The position numbers and the translations under genes are program-made. The notes under the pieces are model-generated. The model saw nothing but the letters and a program-made list of their open reading frames with translations, was not told where the DNA came from and made no database searches. Positions 21,992 through 30,696 of a stretch of 64,000 nucleotides of DNA are shown here, one piece after another; positions within the stretch are counted from its first letter, which is position 1; each line of letters opens with the position of its first letter. The stretch comes from an uncultured delta proteobacterium (lineage in GTDB: Bacteria; Desulfobacterota; Binatia; UBA9968): assembly GCA_963745035.1 (NCBI GenBank), contig CAVUVW010000020.1:64001-128000 (forward strand). The letters are read 5' to 3'.

Positions 21992-22156
21992 CTAGCGAAT
22001 TTTGGATCTTCCAGTTTCGATCTGCTTCCGTATTCGTTCCGAACGGGCAAGCGCCTCTTTGGCGTCGGCGAGAGAAATTTTGGCGGTCTCGCGTAACGCC
22101 ATGGATTCCTTACAGAGCTGTCTGCTTGCTTCTCTGATCGACTCGTCTTTGGGCAT
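21992..22156 (-). CDS. Small 54-aa helical/coiled-coil protein (below ORF-track cutoff)
   Basis: GGAAAGGAG RBS 8 nt before ATG; MPKDESIREASRQLCKESMALRETAKISLADAKEALARSERIRKQIETGRSKIR. Confidence 0.55.
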   Translation of the reverse strand: MPKDESIREASRQLCKESMALRETAKISLADAKEALARSERIRKQIETGRSKIR

Positions 22157-22407
22157 CGGCAGGACTCCTTTCCCCGTGGTTAGGGTTCGGGCTCCCGGTC
22201 CTGCGGCCCCGGTGGGATAAGCTCAAACTGTTATTCGATAAACAAGACTAGGCTCAATCAGGCGCGAGGTCAACGAGATCGCTCAATCAGCCGGCTGCAT
22301 CGCGCGCATTCGATCCGGCAGCGCTGCGCGCCGTGGCCGGCACACTTCCGCGCCGCCCTTTCTTTTATCTGCGACACACGGCCTCGGCTCCCGCCGTCGA
22401 ACTTTGC

Positions 22408-22423
22408 TGGCATCGCGCTTGCT
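22408..22423 (+). promoter_or_regulatory. sigma54 promoter for ferritin-like operon
   Basis: TGGCATCGCGCTTGCT. Confidence 0.8.
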
Positions 22424-22473
22424 CCTCTCAATCGTCATCCTCCCATCGTTCCGTACCATGAAAGGAGATTCCC

Positions 22474-23673
22474 GTGAGCTTGGACCTGATGAAAGAAAAA
22501 GGCGTCGCGCTGGACCAACAGAAGTTCGACTGGCGCGACATCGTGCGCGCGCCGACGAGCAAGTTGAACGATGACGCATTCACCCGAGTGCGCATCATTT
22601 TGATGAACGGCATCGAATCGGAGGCGCTGCGATTCCAGCACGCCTGCGCGCGCATGAACAAAGACCTGCAGCTCGCGCTGGCTCGTGTGCGGCGCGTAGA
22701 ACAGCATCAACAAACGCTCGTCAATTGGCTACTGCCCGCCGACCTATCCCCGCTGGAAACCACCATCGGCTTCGAGCAGGTCGCCATCGAGGTCACCGCC
22801 AGCGTCGCGCAGCACGAGCCCGACCCGTATCTCGCCCAGGTGTACCGCTTCGGACTGCTCGAGGATTTCGATCACCTGTACCGCTACGCGGCGCTCATGG
22901 ACCGCATGATGGGCTGCGATGCCAACAACATCTTGCAGAGCTACACCGACATTCTTCCGGGACGGCCAACGGCGGTCGAGCACCGCGCGCCCGAGGATGA
23001 TTTGCGCAAGCCTTACGACCGCCGCAAAGCGGCGCCGATCACCAAGCTAAACGCGGTCACGATTATGGGCGGCGAGCATCAGACTCATGATTATTACATG
23101 ACGATCGGCCCCATGTTCGCCGACCCGATTGCGCGACAATTGTACGCCGAGATTGCCTCAATTGAGGAACAGCACGTGACGCAGTACGAGTCGATCATCG
23201 ACCCGGAGGAGACTTGGCTGGAAAAGTGGCTGCTGCACGAGGCCGTCGAAATTTACAACTATTATAGCTGTCTCACCTACGAGACGAACCCGCGCATCAA
23301 GACCATCTGGCAGCGCTTCGTGGACTACGAACTCGGCCATCTGCATTTTGTCTTGGAGCAGTTCCAGAAATTCGACAAGCGCGATCCGGCTGAAATCCTT
23401 CCGGAGTCCCTGCCGGAGCCCATCGAATACAAAAGCCATCGGGAATTTGTCCGCAAGGTGCTGAGCGAGGAAGTCGATCTGCGCGCCCGCGGCGCGGAGT
23501 TCATCGACAAGGAGAAGGAGGAGGCCGACGCGCCATCGCAGATCTACCGGGCGCAAATGAATGCTAACGGCTCGCCTTCGGAAACGGTGGCGGCGGGCTA
23601 CCAATGGAAGCCTGGCACCGAGTTGGCGGAAGAGACCGCGGATATTCGCAAGCTGCAAAAAAAAGTCGCGTAG
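22474..23673 (+). CDS. Multi-module ferritin-like (di-metal carboxylate) protein of unknown function
   Basis: Repeated ExxH-type motifs (VEQHQQ, EDFDH, EEQH, ELGH); AAAGGAG RBS. Confidence 0.8.
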   Translation: MSLDLMKEKGVALDQQKFDWRDIVRAPTSKLNDDAFTRVRIILMNGIESEALRFQHACARMNKDLQLALARVRRVEQHQQTLVNWLLPADLSPLETTIGFEQVAIEVTASVAQHEPDPYLAQVYRFGLLEDFDHLYRYAALMDRMMGCDANNILQSYTDILPGRPTAVEHRAPEDDLRKPYDRRKAAPITKLNAVTIMGGEHQTHDYYMTIGPMFADPIARQLYAEIASIEEQHVTQYESIIDPEETWLEKWLLHEAVEIYNYYSCLTYETNPRIKTIWQRFVDYELGHLHFVLEQFQKFDKRDPAEILPESLPEPIEYKSHREFVRKVLSEEVDLRARGAEFIDKEKEEADAPSQIYRAQMNANGSPSETVAAGYQWKPGTELAEETADIRKLQKKVA

Positions 23674-23688
23674 CGACGGGAGGAATAT

Positions 23689-24588
23689 ATGGCAATGGGA
23701 ACCGAAGAAGCTAAGTCACAAGACAAGGATATCATCGATCTGCCCGAGGAGTTTTTCGTCAACCGGACCGGCATCATGCTCAATCCCACTCTTGGGGCGG
23801 AGCTGCTCCAGGGCGCCAAGGAAAAGGAAACAATACCGAGCTCGGAAGGCGACGGCGACGAGCTGCGGCTGGAACGGGCGGAGTATGTCGAGGAAGCGCT
23901 GCCGCTCGGCTCTTACCCGTCGGTAGTCGGTGGGATGATGGACGCGGGTCAGGACGAGGAGCCGTCGCCAGACGATAACCGCATGGCGGTCCTGCTCGAC
24001 AAGCTCGGCGAGCGCCTGGCCTTCGAACGGCAAGGGACCAGGCTGTATGAAGCCTTTATCCAAAAAGTCGAAACGCTGGCCAGCGCGGATGGGAACGGCC
24101 CGGATATCGACAATCTCCGCCACATCTGCGCGGAGGAGCTAGAACATTTCAAGCTGCTGCAAGAGACGATCGTGGAGCTCGGCGGCGATGCCACCGTGCA
24201 ATCCCCTTCCGCCGACGTCGCCGGCGTGCTTTCCCACGGCGCGCTGCAGATCGTGAGCGACCCGCGCACGACCGTGGCGCAGGGGCTGCAGGCTCTTCTT
24301 ACCGCTGAGTTGGTGGACAACGACGGCTGGGAGATGCTGCAAAACCTCGCCGAGCAACTGGGCCATGCCGATCTCGCGGCGGAGTGCGGCTCGGCTCTCG
24401 AGGAGGAGCGCGAACATTTGGAATCGGTGCGCACCTGGGCATCGAACCTGACGTTGAGCGAAGCCGTCGGCGCTGATGGCCTGATCGACGCCGAGGAACA
24501 GGAAGAGGAAGGAGAAACCGAGACGACAAGCCGCAGCTCCGGCAGGAAGAAGTCTTCCGGAAGCAAGAGCAAGCGCAAGAAAAAGTGA
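23689..24588 (+). CDS. Ferritin-like domain protein
   Basis: DKLGERLAFER.GTRLYEA, EELEH, ELVDNDGWEML, EEREH; basic tail. Confidence 0.85.
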   Translation: MAMGTEEAKSQDKDIIDLPEEFFVNRTGIMLNPTLGAELLQGAKEKETIPSSEGDGDELRLERAEYVEEALPLGSYPSVVGGMMDAGQDEEPSPDDNRMAVLLDKLGERLAFERQGTRLYEAFIQKVETLASADGNGPDIDNLRHICAEELEHFKLLQETIVELGGDATVQSPSADVAGVLSHGALQIVSDPRTTVAQGLQALLTAELVDNDGWEMLQNLAEQLGHADLAAECGSALEEEREHLESVRTWASNLTLSEAVGADGLIDAEEQEEEGETETTSRSSGRKKSSGSKSKRKKK

Positions 24589-24682
24589 CTTCTTAATATC
24601 TGCCTTCTTGACCCGGCGGGCGGGCATTCCCCGCCCGCTGCACCCTTTCACGCCAACGTCTCGCCCTCCTCCGTTACGAATG

Positions 24683-24816
24683 CGGGTCGTGGTTCAGTTC
24701 GGAAAGATCTCTCACTTCGTTCGAGATGACAGAACCGTTACGTTTGTCATTTCGAGTGGATGCGAGAAATCTTTCCCCGATGTTATGCCCTGGGAGTCAA
24801 ACTGCACCACTACTCG
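24683..24816. mobile_element. MITE-like non-autonomous element with terminal and internal inverted repeats
   Basis: Ends GTCGTGGTTCAGTTCG / CAAACTGCACCACTAC; internal AGATCTCTC..TCGAGATGACA / TGTCATTTCGA..GAGAAATCT; half copy at ~30630-30656. Confidence 0.6.
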
Positions 24817-24839
24817 ATTGCTAGATCCTAACGAGCGAG

Positions 24840-24855
24840 CGGCACGGCAGTTGCT
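24840..24855 (+). promoter_or_regulatory. sigma54 promoter for YihY gene (near-leaderless)
   Basis: CGGCACGGCAGTTGCT. Confidence 0.7.
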
Positions 24856-24870
24856 CCGTAACGAAACATC

Positions 24871-25776
24871 ATGTGGCAGTTTCTCAAGAAGACCGTTTAC
24901 AACTGGATCGACGATGAGCCGTTTGTCCTCGCTGCCGCGCTTTCGTACTACACGCTTTTTTCCCTGGCGCCGCTATTGACCATCGCGATCGCAATGGCCG
25001 GGCTGTTTTTCGGCCAGGAGGCCGCGCAAAACCAGGTCGTCGAAACCACGCGGGGACTGGTCGGCAAGGAAAGCGCGCAGGCGATCCAGGAGATGATTGA
25101 AAGCGCCGGCGAGAAGCCTGCGGCTGGGATCATATCGACTCTGTTCGGCGTCATCGCGCTGCTCTTCGGCGCCGGCGGCGTGGTCGGACAACTGCAAGCT
25201 TCTTTGAATAAAGTGTGGGGTGTGGCACCGAAACCTGGTCAGGGAGTATGGGGCTTCATCCGGCAGCGCTTTGTTTCCTACGCCATGGTGCTTTCGATCG
25301 GCTTTCTGCTGCTCGTGTCGCTGATCGTCAGCGCCGTACTGTCCGGCATGTCCCGGCTCCTCGGCAATATGTTCGGCGGCGCCGAGGCGCTGGTCCATGG
25401 ACTCGATCTACTCGTGTCCTTCGCCTTCATCACCTTGCTCTTCGCGATGATCTACAAGTTTCTTCCAGACGCGCGCATTCGCTGGAAGGACGTGTGGATC
25501 GGCGCCGTGTTCACGTCGCTGCTGTTCACGATCGGCAAATCGCTGATCGGGCTCTACCTCGGCAACAGCGGCGTGACCTCGGTTTACGGCGCCGCGGGGT
25601 CGCTGATCACGGTGCTTCTGTGGGTTTATTATTCCGCGCTGATCTTCTTCTTCGGCGCCGAGCTCACGCGGGTGTACGCTACCGAATACGGCTCCGGCGT
25701 GGCGCCCGCGGATAACGCGCGGCTGGTCGACGCCGAGAAGACTACGGAGACGGAGCGGAAATCCGCGCGCGCTTGA
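24871..25776 (+). CDS. YihY/virulence factor BrkB family membrane protein
   Basis: AAALSYYTLFSLAPLL, LQASLNKVW, YGAAGSL..VLLWVYYSALIFFFGAE. Confidence 0.92.
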   Translation: MWQFLKKTVYNWIDDEPFVLAAALSYYTLFSLAPLLTIAIAMAGLFFGQEAAQNQVVETTRGLVGKESAQAIQEMIESAGEKPAAGIISTLFGVIALLFGAGGVVGQLQASLNKVWGVAPKPGQGVWGFIRQRFVSYAMVLSIGFLLLVSLIVSAVLSGMSRLLGNMFGGAEALVHGLDLLVSFAFITLLFAMIYKFLPDARIRWKDVWIGAVFTSLLFTIGKSLIGLYLGNSGVTSVYGAAGSLITVLLWVYYSALIFFFGAELTRVYATEYGSGVAPADNARLVDAEKTTETERKSARA

Positions 25777-25838
25777 TGAGTCCGGCGGGGCGAATTGGCT
25801 CGCCCCCGGCCCGGACGAGAGACACTTCCGTTCCGAAA

Positions 25839-26285
25839 CTAACTCGCTTTGCGAAGCCGCCGGTGCTTGGCCGTCTCGAGCTCCTCGCCGAGCTCTTGCA
25901 GCTCGCTCGCGTTCATCAGCTTGCGGACTTTGGGGAACATCATTTGTTCCTCTTCTTCTTCCGCATGATGCTCGATGTTGTCCGCCAACACTTTGAGCTT
26001 GGCTTTGAACTTTTCACTGGTCGAACCGAGCCGGGACATTTCGCGCAGCAGGGTCTTTACCTGCTTGTGCTCCTCGACCGATTCCAGGGTCATCTCCTTT
26101 AACTCTTCGTGCTCGGCCACCGCCGGATAAAAAATCGTCTCCTCGATGCGCGCGTGGATCTCGAGCTCGGCCTTGATCTCCTTGAAGAGCTGCCGCTGCT
26201 TTTTTTTGTCTTCCGTTTCCTTGGCCTGGGTCAGCAGTTGTTTCACCTTGTGGTGGTCCTGCTTCAATAACTCCAATGCGTCCAT
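25839..26285 (-). CDS. Hemerythrin HHE domain protein
   Basis: DALELLKQDH, HARIEETIFYP, EEH, HHAEEEE..MFP; CAGGAGG RBS. Confidence 0.9.
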   Translation of the reverse strand: MDALELLKQDHHKVKQLLTQAKETEDKKKQRQLFKEIKAELEIHARIEETIFYPAVAEHEELKEMTLESVEEHKQVKTLLREMSRLGSTSEKFKAKLKVLADNIEHHAEEEEEQMMFPKVRKLMNASELQELGEELETAKHRRLRKAS

Positions 26286-26330
26286 ACGATCCTCCTGGCT
26301 TGCGATAGTGTGTCGTCACCGCGAGCCTGG

Positions 26331-26346
26331 AGCAAGGCACATGCCA
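26331..26346 (-). promoter_or_regulatory. sigma54 promoter for hemerythrin gene
   Basis: TGGCATGTGCCTTGCT. Confidence 0.8.
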
Positions 26347-26497
26347 TGCCTGGCGATTTCCCGGAGCCCTCTCTACGCGGCGCGCGCGATTCCGGAGCAC
26401 CCTCTTCAGTGGCACATATTCAAGCGATCTTTTCTCCTTCTTGAGACAGACGACGCGCCGCGCGCGAATGTTTGCGCGCCGTGACGCGCGCTGCTCG

Positions 26498-26513
26498 TGG
26501 CATTTCGATTGCT
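26498..26513 (+). promoter_or_regulatory. sigma54 promoter for 26559 ORF
   Basis: TGGCATTTCGATTGCT; divergent from the 26331 promoter. Confidence 0.8.
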
Positions 26514-26558
26514 CCTCCTCAGAATTGCTGAGAATAGATTGCACGTAAAGGAGATCTT

Positions 26559-26822
26559 ATGGAGACCCAACCTTACACCGTCAACGATCATCGGACCGAA
26601 GATCAATTCACCAAGAGCGTCGAAGAATACACCGCCGCCCTGCCGTCCTCCGCTTATCTGGCGATCGCCATTGCGGCGATGGCGGCATCGCTCGCGCTGC
26701 AAGTCAGCGGCCGGGAAAAGTGGGGCAACTTCATCGCCCAGTGGGTGCCCACGTGGCTCGTTATCGGTCTCTACAACAAGCTCGTCAAGCTCGAAGGACA
26801 CGACCGGCTCGACCGGTCTTGA
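26559..26822 (+). CDS. Conserved small membrane protein (paralog of 7666..7956)
   Basis: AAGGAG RBS; TKSVEEYTAALPSSAYL...FIAQWVPTWLVIGLYNKLVK. Confidence 0.8.
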   Translation: METQPYTVNDHRTEDQFTKSVEEYTAALPSSAYLAIAIAAMAASLALQVSGREKWGNFIAQWVPTWLVIGLYNKLVKLEGHDRLDRS

Positions 26823-27072
26823 TACCCGGCATTCGCCGATCTTGGTGAGGAGGTGAGCTTTGTTTATTTAATGGAGCAAGAAGAGAATATTTCGAGTGCA
26901 GCTATTGCAGGTAGAGATTCAACTTCAAAAAAGAAGCGGCGAAACACGAAAGGAACTGTTCGAAACGAGACGGTTAAAACAGTTCGCGCGGCAAGGTTTG
27001 GCTACAAACCGGCTTAATGATGTCCAAGGCGAGTTTCTGTTTATCGTCTCCCAAAAGGTCGAAAGGTGAGCT

Positions 27073-27555
27073 ATGGAAAGCAGAGCCAAGTTTCTCGGCC
27101 ATCCCGCGCATCAGATGCTGATCGTTTTTCCGCTGGGACTGCTGGCGACCGCGGTGATATTCGACGTGATCTATCTTGTGGGCGGCGGGGAGAACATGGC
27201 GCTCGTCGCATACTGGATGATCGCCGCCGGTATCATCGGCGGCTTTCTCGCCGCGCCGTTTGGCTGGATCGATTGGTTCGCGATTCCGGCGGGGACGCGC
27301 GCCAAGTCCGTCGGGTTATGGCATGGCTCCGGCAATACGATCGTCCTGTTGCTTTTCATCGGTAGCTGGCTCCTGCGCCGCGATGTGCCGGACCGCCCGG
27401 AAGCGCTGGCGTTCGCGCTCTCGTTCGCGGGCGCAGGTTTGGCGTTGTTTACCGGCTGGCTGGGCGGCGAGCTGGTCGATCGCCTGAGCGTCGGCGTCGA
27501 CGACGGCGCTCACCCGAACGCGCCGAGCTCATTGTCGCGCCGCCCCGCCCATTGA
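27073..27555 (+). CDS. DUF2231-family membrane protein
   Basis: GHP.H.MLI.FPLGL, G.ID, HG.GN, GWLGGELV. Confidence 0.85.
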   Translation: MESRAKFLGHPAHQMLIVFPLGLLATAVIFDVIYLVGGGENMALVAYWMIAAGIIGGFLAAPFGWIDWFAIPAGTRAKSVGLWHGSGNTIVLLLFIGSWLLRRDVPDRPEALAFALSFAGAGLALFTGWLGGELVDRLSVGVDDGAHPNAPSSLSRRPAH

Positions 27556-27590
27556 GACGGTTGGTTGCAGGGCGCTCACAGAGCCGCTCG

Positions 27591-27606
27591 TGGCATGTTG
27601 CTTGCT
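27591..27606 (+). promoter_or_regulatory. sigma54 promoter for GlsB-family gene
   Basis: TGGCATGTTGCTTGCT. Confidence 0.8.
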
Positions 27607-27662
27607 CAAAATTTTGGCAAACTAGAGAAGTCGACGGAATTTAACTCACCAGAGGAGGATTT

Positions 27663-27914
27663 ATGGGGATTATCGGATGGATATTGTTCGGCTTGGTTGT
27701 GGGAATTGTCGGAAAGTTCCTGATGCCGGGGCGCGATCCCGGAGGATTTATCCTGACAATCCTGCTCGGTATTGCCGGCGCGCTGCTCGGCGGATTCCTC
27801 GGCCAATCCCTTGGGTTTTACCGCGAAGGCGAGCCGGCGGGATTCCTCATGGCCGTCCTGGGATCGATCGTACTCTTGCTGCTTTATCGTTTGTTTCTCG
27901 GCAGGCGCGCCTAG
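27663..27914 (+). CDS. GlsB/YeaQ/YmgE (transglycosylase-associated) stress membrane protein
   Basis: IIGWILFGLVVG..GKFLMPGRDPGGFILTILLGIAGALLGG. Confidence 0.92.
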   Translation: MGIIGWILFGLVVGIVGKFLMPGRDPGGFILTILLGIAGALLGGFLGQSLGFYREGEPAGFLMAVLGSIVLLLLYRLFLGRRA

Positions 27915-27932
27915 GAGAAGCTTTTGAAAACC

Positions 27933-27959
27933 GGCGCGGCGGGGATCCCCCGCCGCGCC
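27933..27959. terminator. Hairpin between convergent units
   Basis: GGCGCGGCGGGG-ATC-CCCCGCCGCGCC. Confidence 0.6.
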
Positions 27960-28266
27960 CTTGCGCCCGCCCCGAGCTATTCCAAGTCGCGCCGAAAATA
28001 GAAGTCCACGCTAAACGAAGCCAACAGCATTCCATAGAGATACCCGACCGATTCGAGCAGACCGGGTAAGGTCTGAATCACGTGCCAGAAAATTCCCAAC
28101 ATCAACAAGCTGGTGATCATGGCGAGCTAGAGTAGCAGATCGCGCGCGCATCGCCAAGAAATCCTGTCTTTTATCGATTAGCTGGATTTTTCAGCCGGGG
28201 CGATTGCGCGAAATTCGACAACCACCCACGGCTCTGCCGCTTCGCCCCTCGGTACTACGTCGATTG

Positions 28267-28400
28267 CTAGTTTCTCGGAATGATCGAAATCTCGCCCGTG
28301 CGCTCGATGATGCACCAGCCGACGCGCTGGGCGGTCCAGACGCGGCTCTGGAAATTCACATCGGCGTGGACTTCTATCGAGCTTGGCCGCGCGCGAGGCG
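28267..28400 (-). pseudogene. Probable deletion-fusion scar (N-terminus of a conserved hypothetical fused to a DUF421/YetF-like C-terminus)
   Basis: IEVHADVNFQSRVWTAQRVGW directly joined to IIERTGEISIIPRN*; no good start codon. Confidence 0.4.
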
Positions 28401-28409
28401 CGAAAGCAG

Positions 28410-28853
28410 CTACTGGAACCGCCGATCCGGTGCGGTTTCCACCGGATCGTGGCCGTCGCCGCGGTCGCGGTGTTTGAAGAGCTTGGAAGCATAATCGCGC
28501 GCGAGCGCCACCGCCGTCGCGGTCACCACCCCACTCAGCATGCCGACCAGGCTCTGCGTGATCCCAGCGCGCTGCTGCTGGGCCGCCGCGCGCGCCGGCC
28601 AATCGTCAGGCAGCTCCAGTCGCGCCCTCGGCGTGGGGCGGCCGAGCACCAAGCCGCTCAGGAAATAGCCGGTGGCGACGGACAAGCCGATCATGAGCCA
28701 CGGGCGCCGCTCGGTCTGATAGTTGAGATCGAAAGAGCGCTTCACTTCCCGGATGGTTCCGTCCACGCGCTCTTCCAGGGTGGCGATCTTCTCCGCCATG
28801 CCGGCGCGGGTGGCTTCTATCTCGTGTCGTATTTCACGCTGCGTGTTATCCAT
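28410..28853 (-). CDS. DUF3618-like protein
   Basis: EIRHEIEATRA.MAEKI..LE, RRPWLMIGLSVATGY. Confidence 0.75.
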   Translation of the reverse strand: MDNTQREIRHEIEATRAGMAEKIATLEERVDGTIREVKRSFDLNYQTERRPWLMIGLSVATGYFLSGLVLGRPTPRARLELPDDWPARAAAQQQRAGITQSLVGMLSGVVTATAVALARDYASKLFKHRDRGDGHDPVETAPDRRFQ

Positions 28854-29239
28854 CGTGCATCCTCTTTGGCGTTTTCAATGGTGGTCGTCGGCACCAGGTT
28901 GGTGTTAGCGGCGCGCCGCTTGCCGGCGAGCAGGACGGCGAGGCCTACCACCGACAGCGCCGCTCCGACGATGCCGTAGCATGCCCAGAGAGTGAGCTCG
29001 GTGTATTCCTCCAGCACATACACCACCGTAAACGACAGCAGAATTCCGCCCAACAACAAGCTTGCCGCGCCCACGCCGATCAACACCACGGTCGATTTGG
29101 CGTTCGCCATTTCCTCGCGCATCTCCAGGCGCGCGGCCGTGATCTCCTTTGAAATCAGATCACTGGCGTCGCGGAAAATGCCGCTGACGAGCGACGAGAT
29201 GCTCGGCTTTTTCGGTTCCTCCAGCCGGTAGTCTTGCAT
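28817..29239 (-). CDS. Phage-holin-family (Phage_holin_3_6 / DUF1469) membrane protein
   Basis: SISSLVSGI..DASDLISKEI.AARLEM, two TM helices, P..TIE..KEDARW. Confidence 0.8.
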   Translation of the reverse strand: MQDYRLEEPKKPSISSLVSGIFRDASDLISKEITAARLEMREEMANAKSTVVLIGVGAASLLLGGILLSFTVVYVLEEYTELTLWACYGIVGAALSVVGLAVLLAGKRRAANTNLVPTTTIENAKEDARWITRSVKYDTR

Positions 29240-29258
29240 AAGAACCTCGCTTGCCGGC

Positions 29259-29615
29259 TCAGTGCCGGCGGCGCAGCGCCAGCAGCACACCGGCGGCGAC
29301 GCCGACCAGCATCGACGTGCCTGGGTGCTGGCGAATATATTGGCTGATCCGGCGGGTGATGTCTTCGTAGCGTCTGTCGGTGAAGTAGCTCGCGCCACGA
29401 TCCAACGTGTCGGCCAAGCGCGTTGCCGTGTCGTGGATCTTCGACTCCACGCGCGGCCCGCTCTCGCGGATCCGGCCGGCGAAATTTTTCATCTGACTAC
29501 CGACCTTGTCGGCGGTTCGGTGCGCCGCCGCGGCGGCGCGCTCGCGCGCTCTTTCGGAGTTTCTCGCCTCTTCGGAACGAGCCTCATTCAGATTTTCAAA
29601 CTCATCATGTTCCAT
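29259..29615 (-). CDS. ElaB/YqjD (DUF883)-like tail-anchored protein
   Basis: Helical N-terminus, YIRQHPGTSMLVGVAAGVLLALRRR C-terminus; GAGG RBS. Confidence 0.75.
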   Translation of the reverse strand: MEHDEFENLNEARSEEARNSERARERAAAAAHRTADKVGSQMKNFAGRIRESGPRVESKIHDTATRLADTLDRGASYFTDRRYEDITRRISQYIRQHPGTSMLVGVAAGVLLALRRRH

Positions 29616-29664
29616 AAACACACCTCGGTTTTTGTCCCACGCTAGCGCGGGCACTCTCAAAGAC

Positions 29665-29680
29665 AGCAATAAAGATACCA
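29665..29680 (-). promoter_or_regulatory. sigma54 promoter for ElaB-like/holin-like/DUF3618 operon
   Basis: TGGTATCTTTATTGCT. Confidence 0.7.
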
Positions 29681-30018
29681 AAAGCCGACAAATCGCGTCG
29701 CCGTTTCATCTGCCAAGGCGAGCGCCCGCGGAACGAGTGCAGATGAGGCCGAGACATCGGCGAGGCGACTTGCGGCGTCTTCTCGGTGCCGCATATTTAC
29801 GTGATTAATTTCCGGCGTCGCGAGCGGGCAACGCCGCAAAAATTTTATGTCGCCCCACGTGCGGGACAGGTGTCCCGCGCGGAAATCAATCTCGATCTCA
29901 GTAGCTTGGCGCGCAAGCTGGATATTTTGTATCGTTTCGCGGACAGAGAAGTCTTTCCGCTTAGCAGCTATGGGACACAACCTGGTCATTTAACCGCGGA
30001 TTGTCCGCGTTTATGCCG

Positions 30019-30034
30019 TGGTACGTCCGTTGCA
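30019..30034 (+). promoter_or_regulatory. sigma54 promoter for csbD
   Basis: TGGTACGTCCGTTGCA. Confidence 0.75.
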
Positions 30035-30073
30035 AAATGATGAGCTATCAGAATTTGAAGGAGGCAAAAAACC

Positions 30074-30268
30074 ATGAACTGGGATCAGGCAGCAGGAAAC
30101 TGGAAGCAGTTTAAGGGCAAAGTCAAAGAGCAGTGGGGCAAGCTCACCGACGACGAACTCGATGAAGTCGCCGGCAAGCGCGATCAACTCGTCGGAAAGA
30201 TTCAAAAACAGTACGGAATCAGCAAGGAAGAAGCCGAGCGCCAAGTAAAGACCTGGGAAACTCAATAG
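30074..30268 (+). CDS. csbD: CsbD/YjbJ family stress protein
   Basis: MNWDQ..GNWKQFKGKVKEQWGKLTDDEL...GKRDQLVGKIQ..YG; AAGGAGG RBS. Confidence 0.95.
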   Translation: MNWDQAAGNWKQFKGKVKEQWGKLTDDELDEVAGKRDQLVGKIQKQYGISKEEAERQVKTWETQ

Positions 30269-30295
30269 TCTTCAGTTCACCCTTTCCCGCCACCG

Positions 30296-30332
30296 TCGGA
30301 CCGGCAGCGAAAACCCTTCGCTGCCGGTCCGA
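30296..30332 (+). terminator. Strong hairpin after csbD
   Basis: TCGGACCGGCAGCGAA-AACCC-TTCGCTGCCGGTCCGA (16-bp stem). Confidence 0.7.
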
Positions 30333-30440
30333 TCCTTCCAGATTAGCACGGACAACGCCGGGCTCTTCTTCCGTGGTTCACGTCTTAGAATGCTAAGCAG
30401 GAATCCATTCTGGAGTGAATTCTGGAGTGACAAAACGTTA

Positions 30441-30656
30441 GCGTTCCGTCATACCCGCGCTTCGACGTTGCTCAGGATAAACTCCGGCGGGTATCCAGCT
30501 AATTGCGGCGGAGAACAAACCTGGATTCGTTGCGCGGGAACGACGAATCGTGAGGAAAACGTGCCGAGGAAAATCTGCATTCATCTTCCAAAGCTTATGA
30601 ATCACTCCTTTGAAAAATGCCGCTAGCGAAGATTTCTCACTTCGTTCGAAATAACA
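30441..30656. repeat. REP-like repeat, second copy of the 4601-4730 element plus a MITE half
   Basis: TTCCGTCATACCCGCG..GCGGGTATCCAG..AATTG.GGCGGAGAACAA.CCTGGATTC..GCGCGGGAA.GACGAATCG..GGAAAACGTGCCGA shared with 4605-4707. Confidence 0.75.
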
Positions 30657-30668
30657 AGTGAATCACCG

Positions 30669-30684
30669 TGGCATATGCCTTGCT
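30669..30684 (+). promoter_or_regulatory. sigma54 promoter for phosphoesterase-nucleotidyltransferase operon (near-leaderless)
   Basis: TGGCATATGCCTTGCT. Confidence 0.8.
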
Positions 30685-30696
30685 CAAACTGGGCTG

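Noticed and set aside
27977-28120. 47-codon hydrophobic minus-strand ORF
   Set aside because: No RBS, promoter or recognisable motif; insufficient support
28817-29239. Holin-family gene as evidence for a prophage
   Set aside because: This family is a common non-phage membrane protein beside ElaB/DUF3618; no phage genes or integrase in the window
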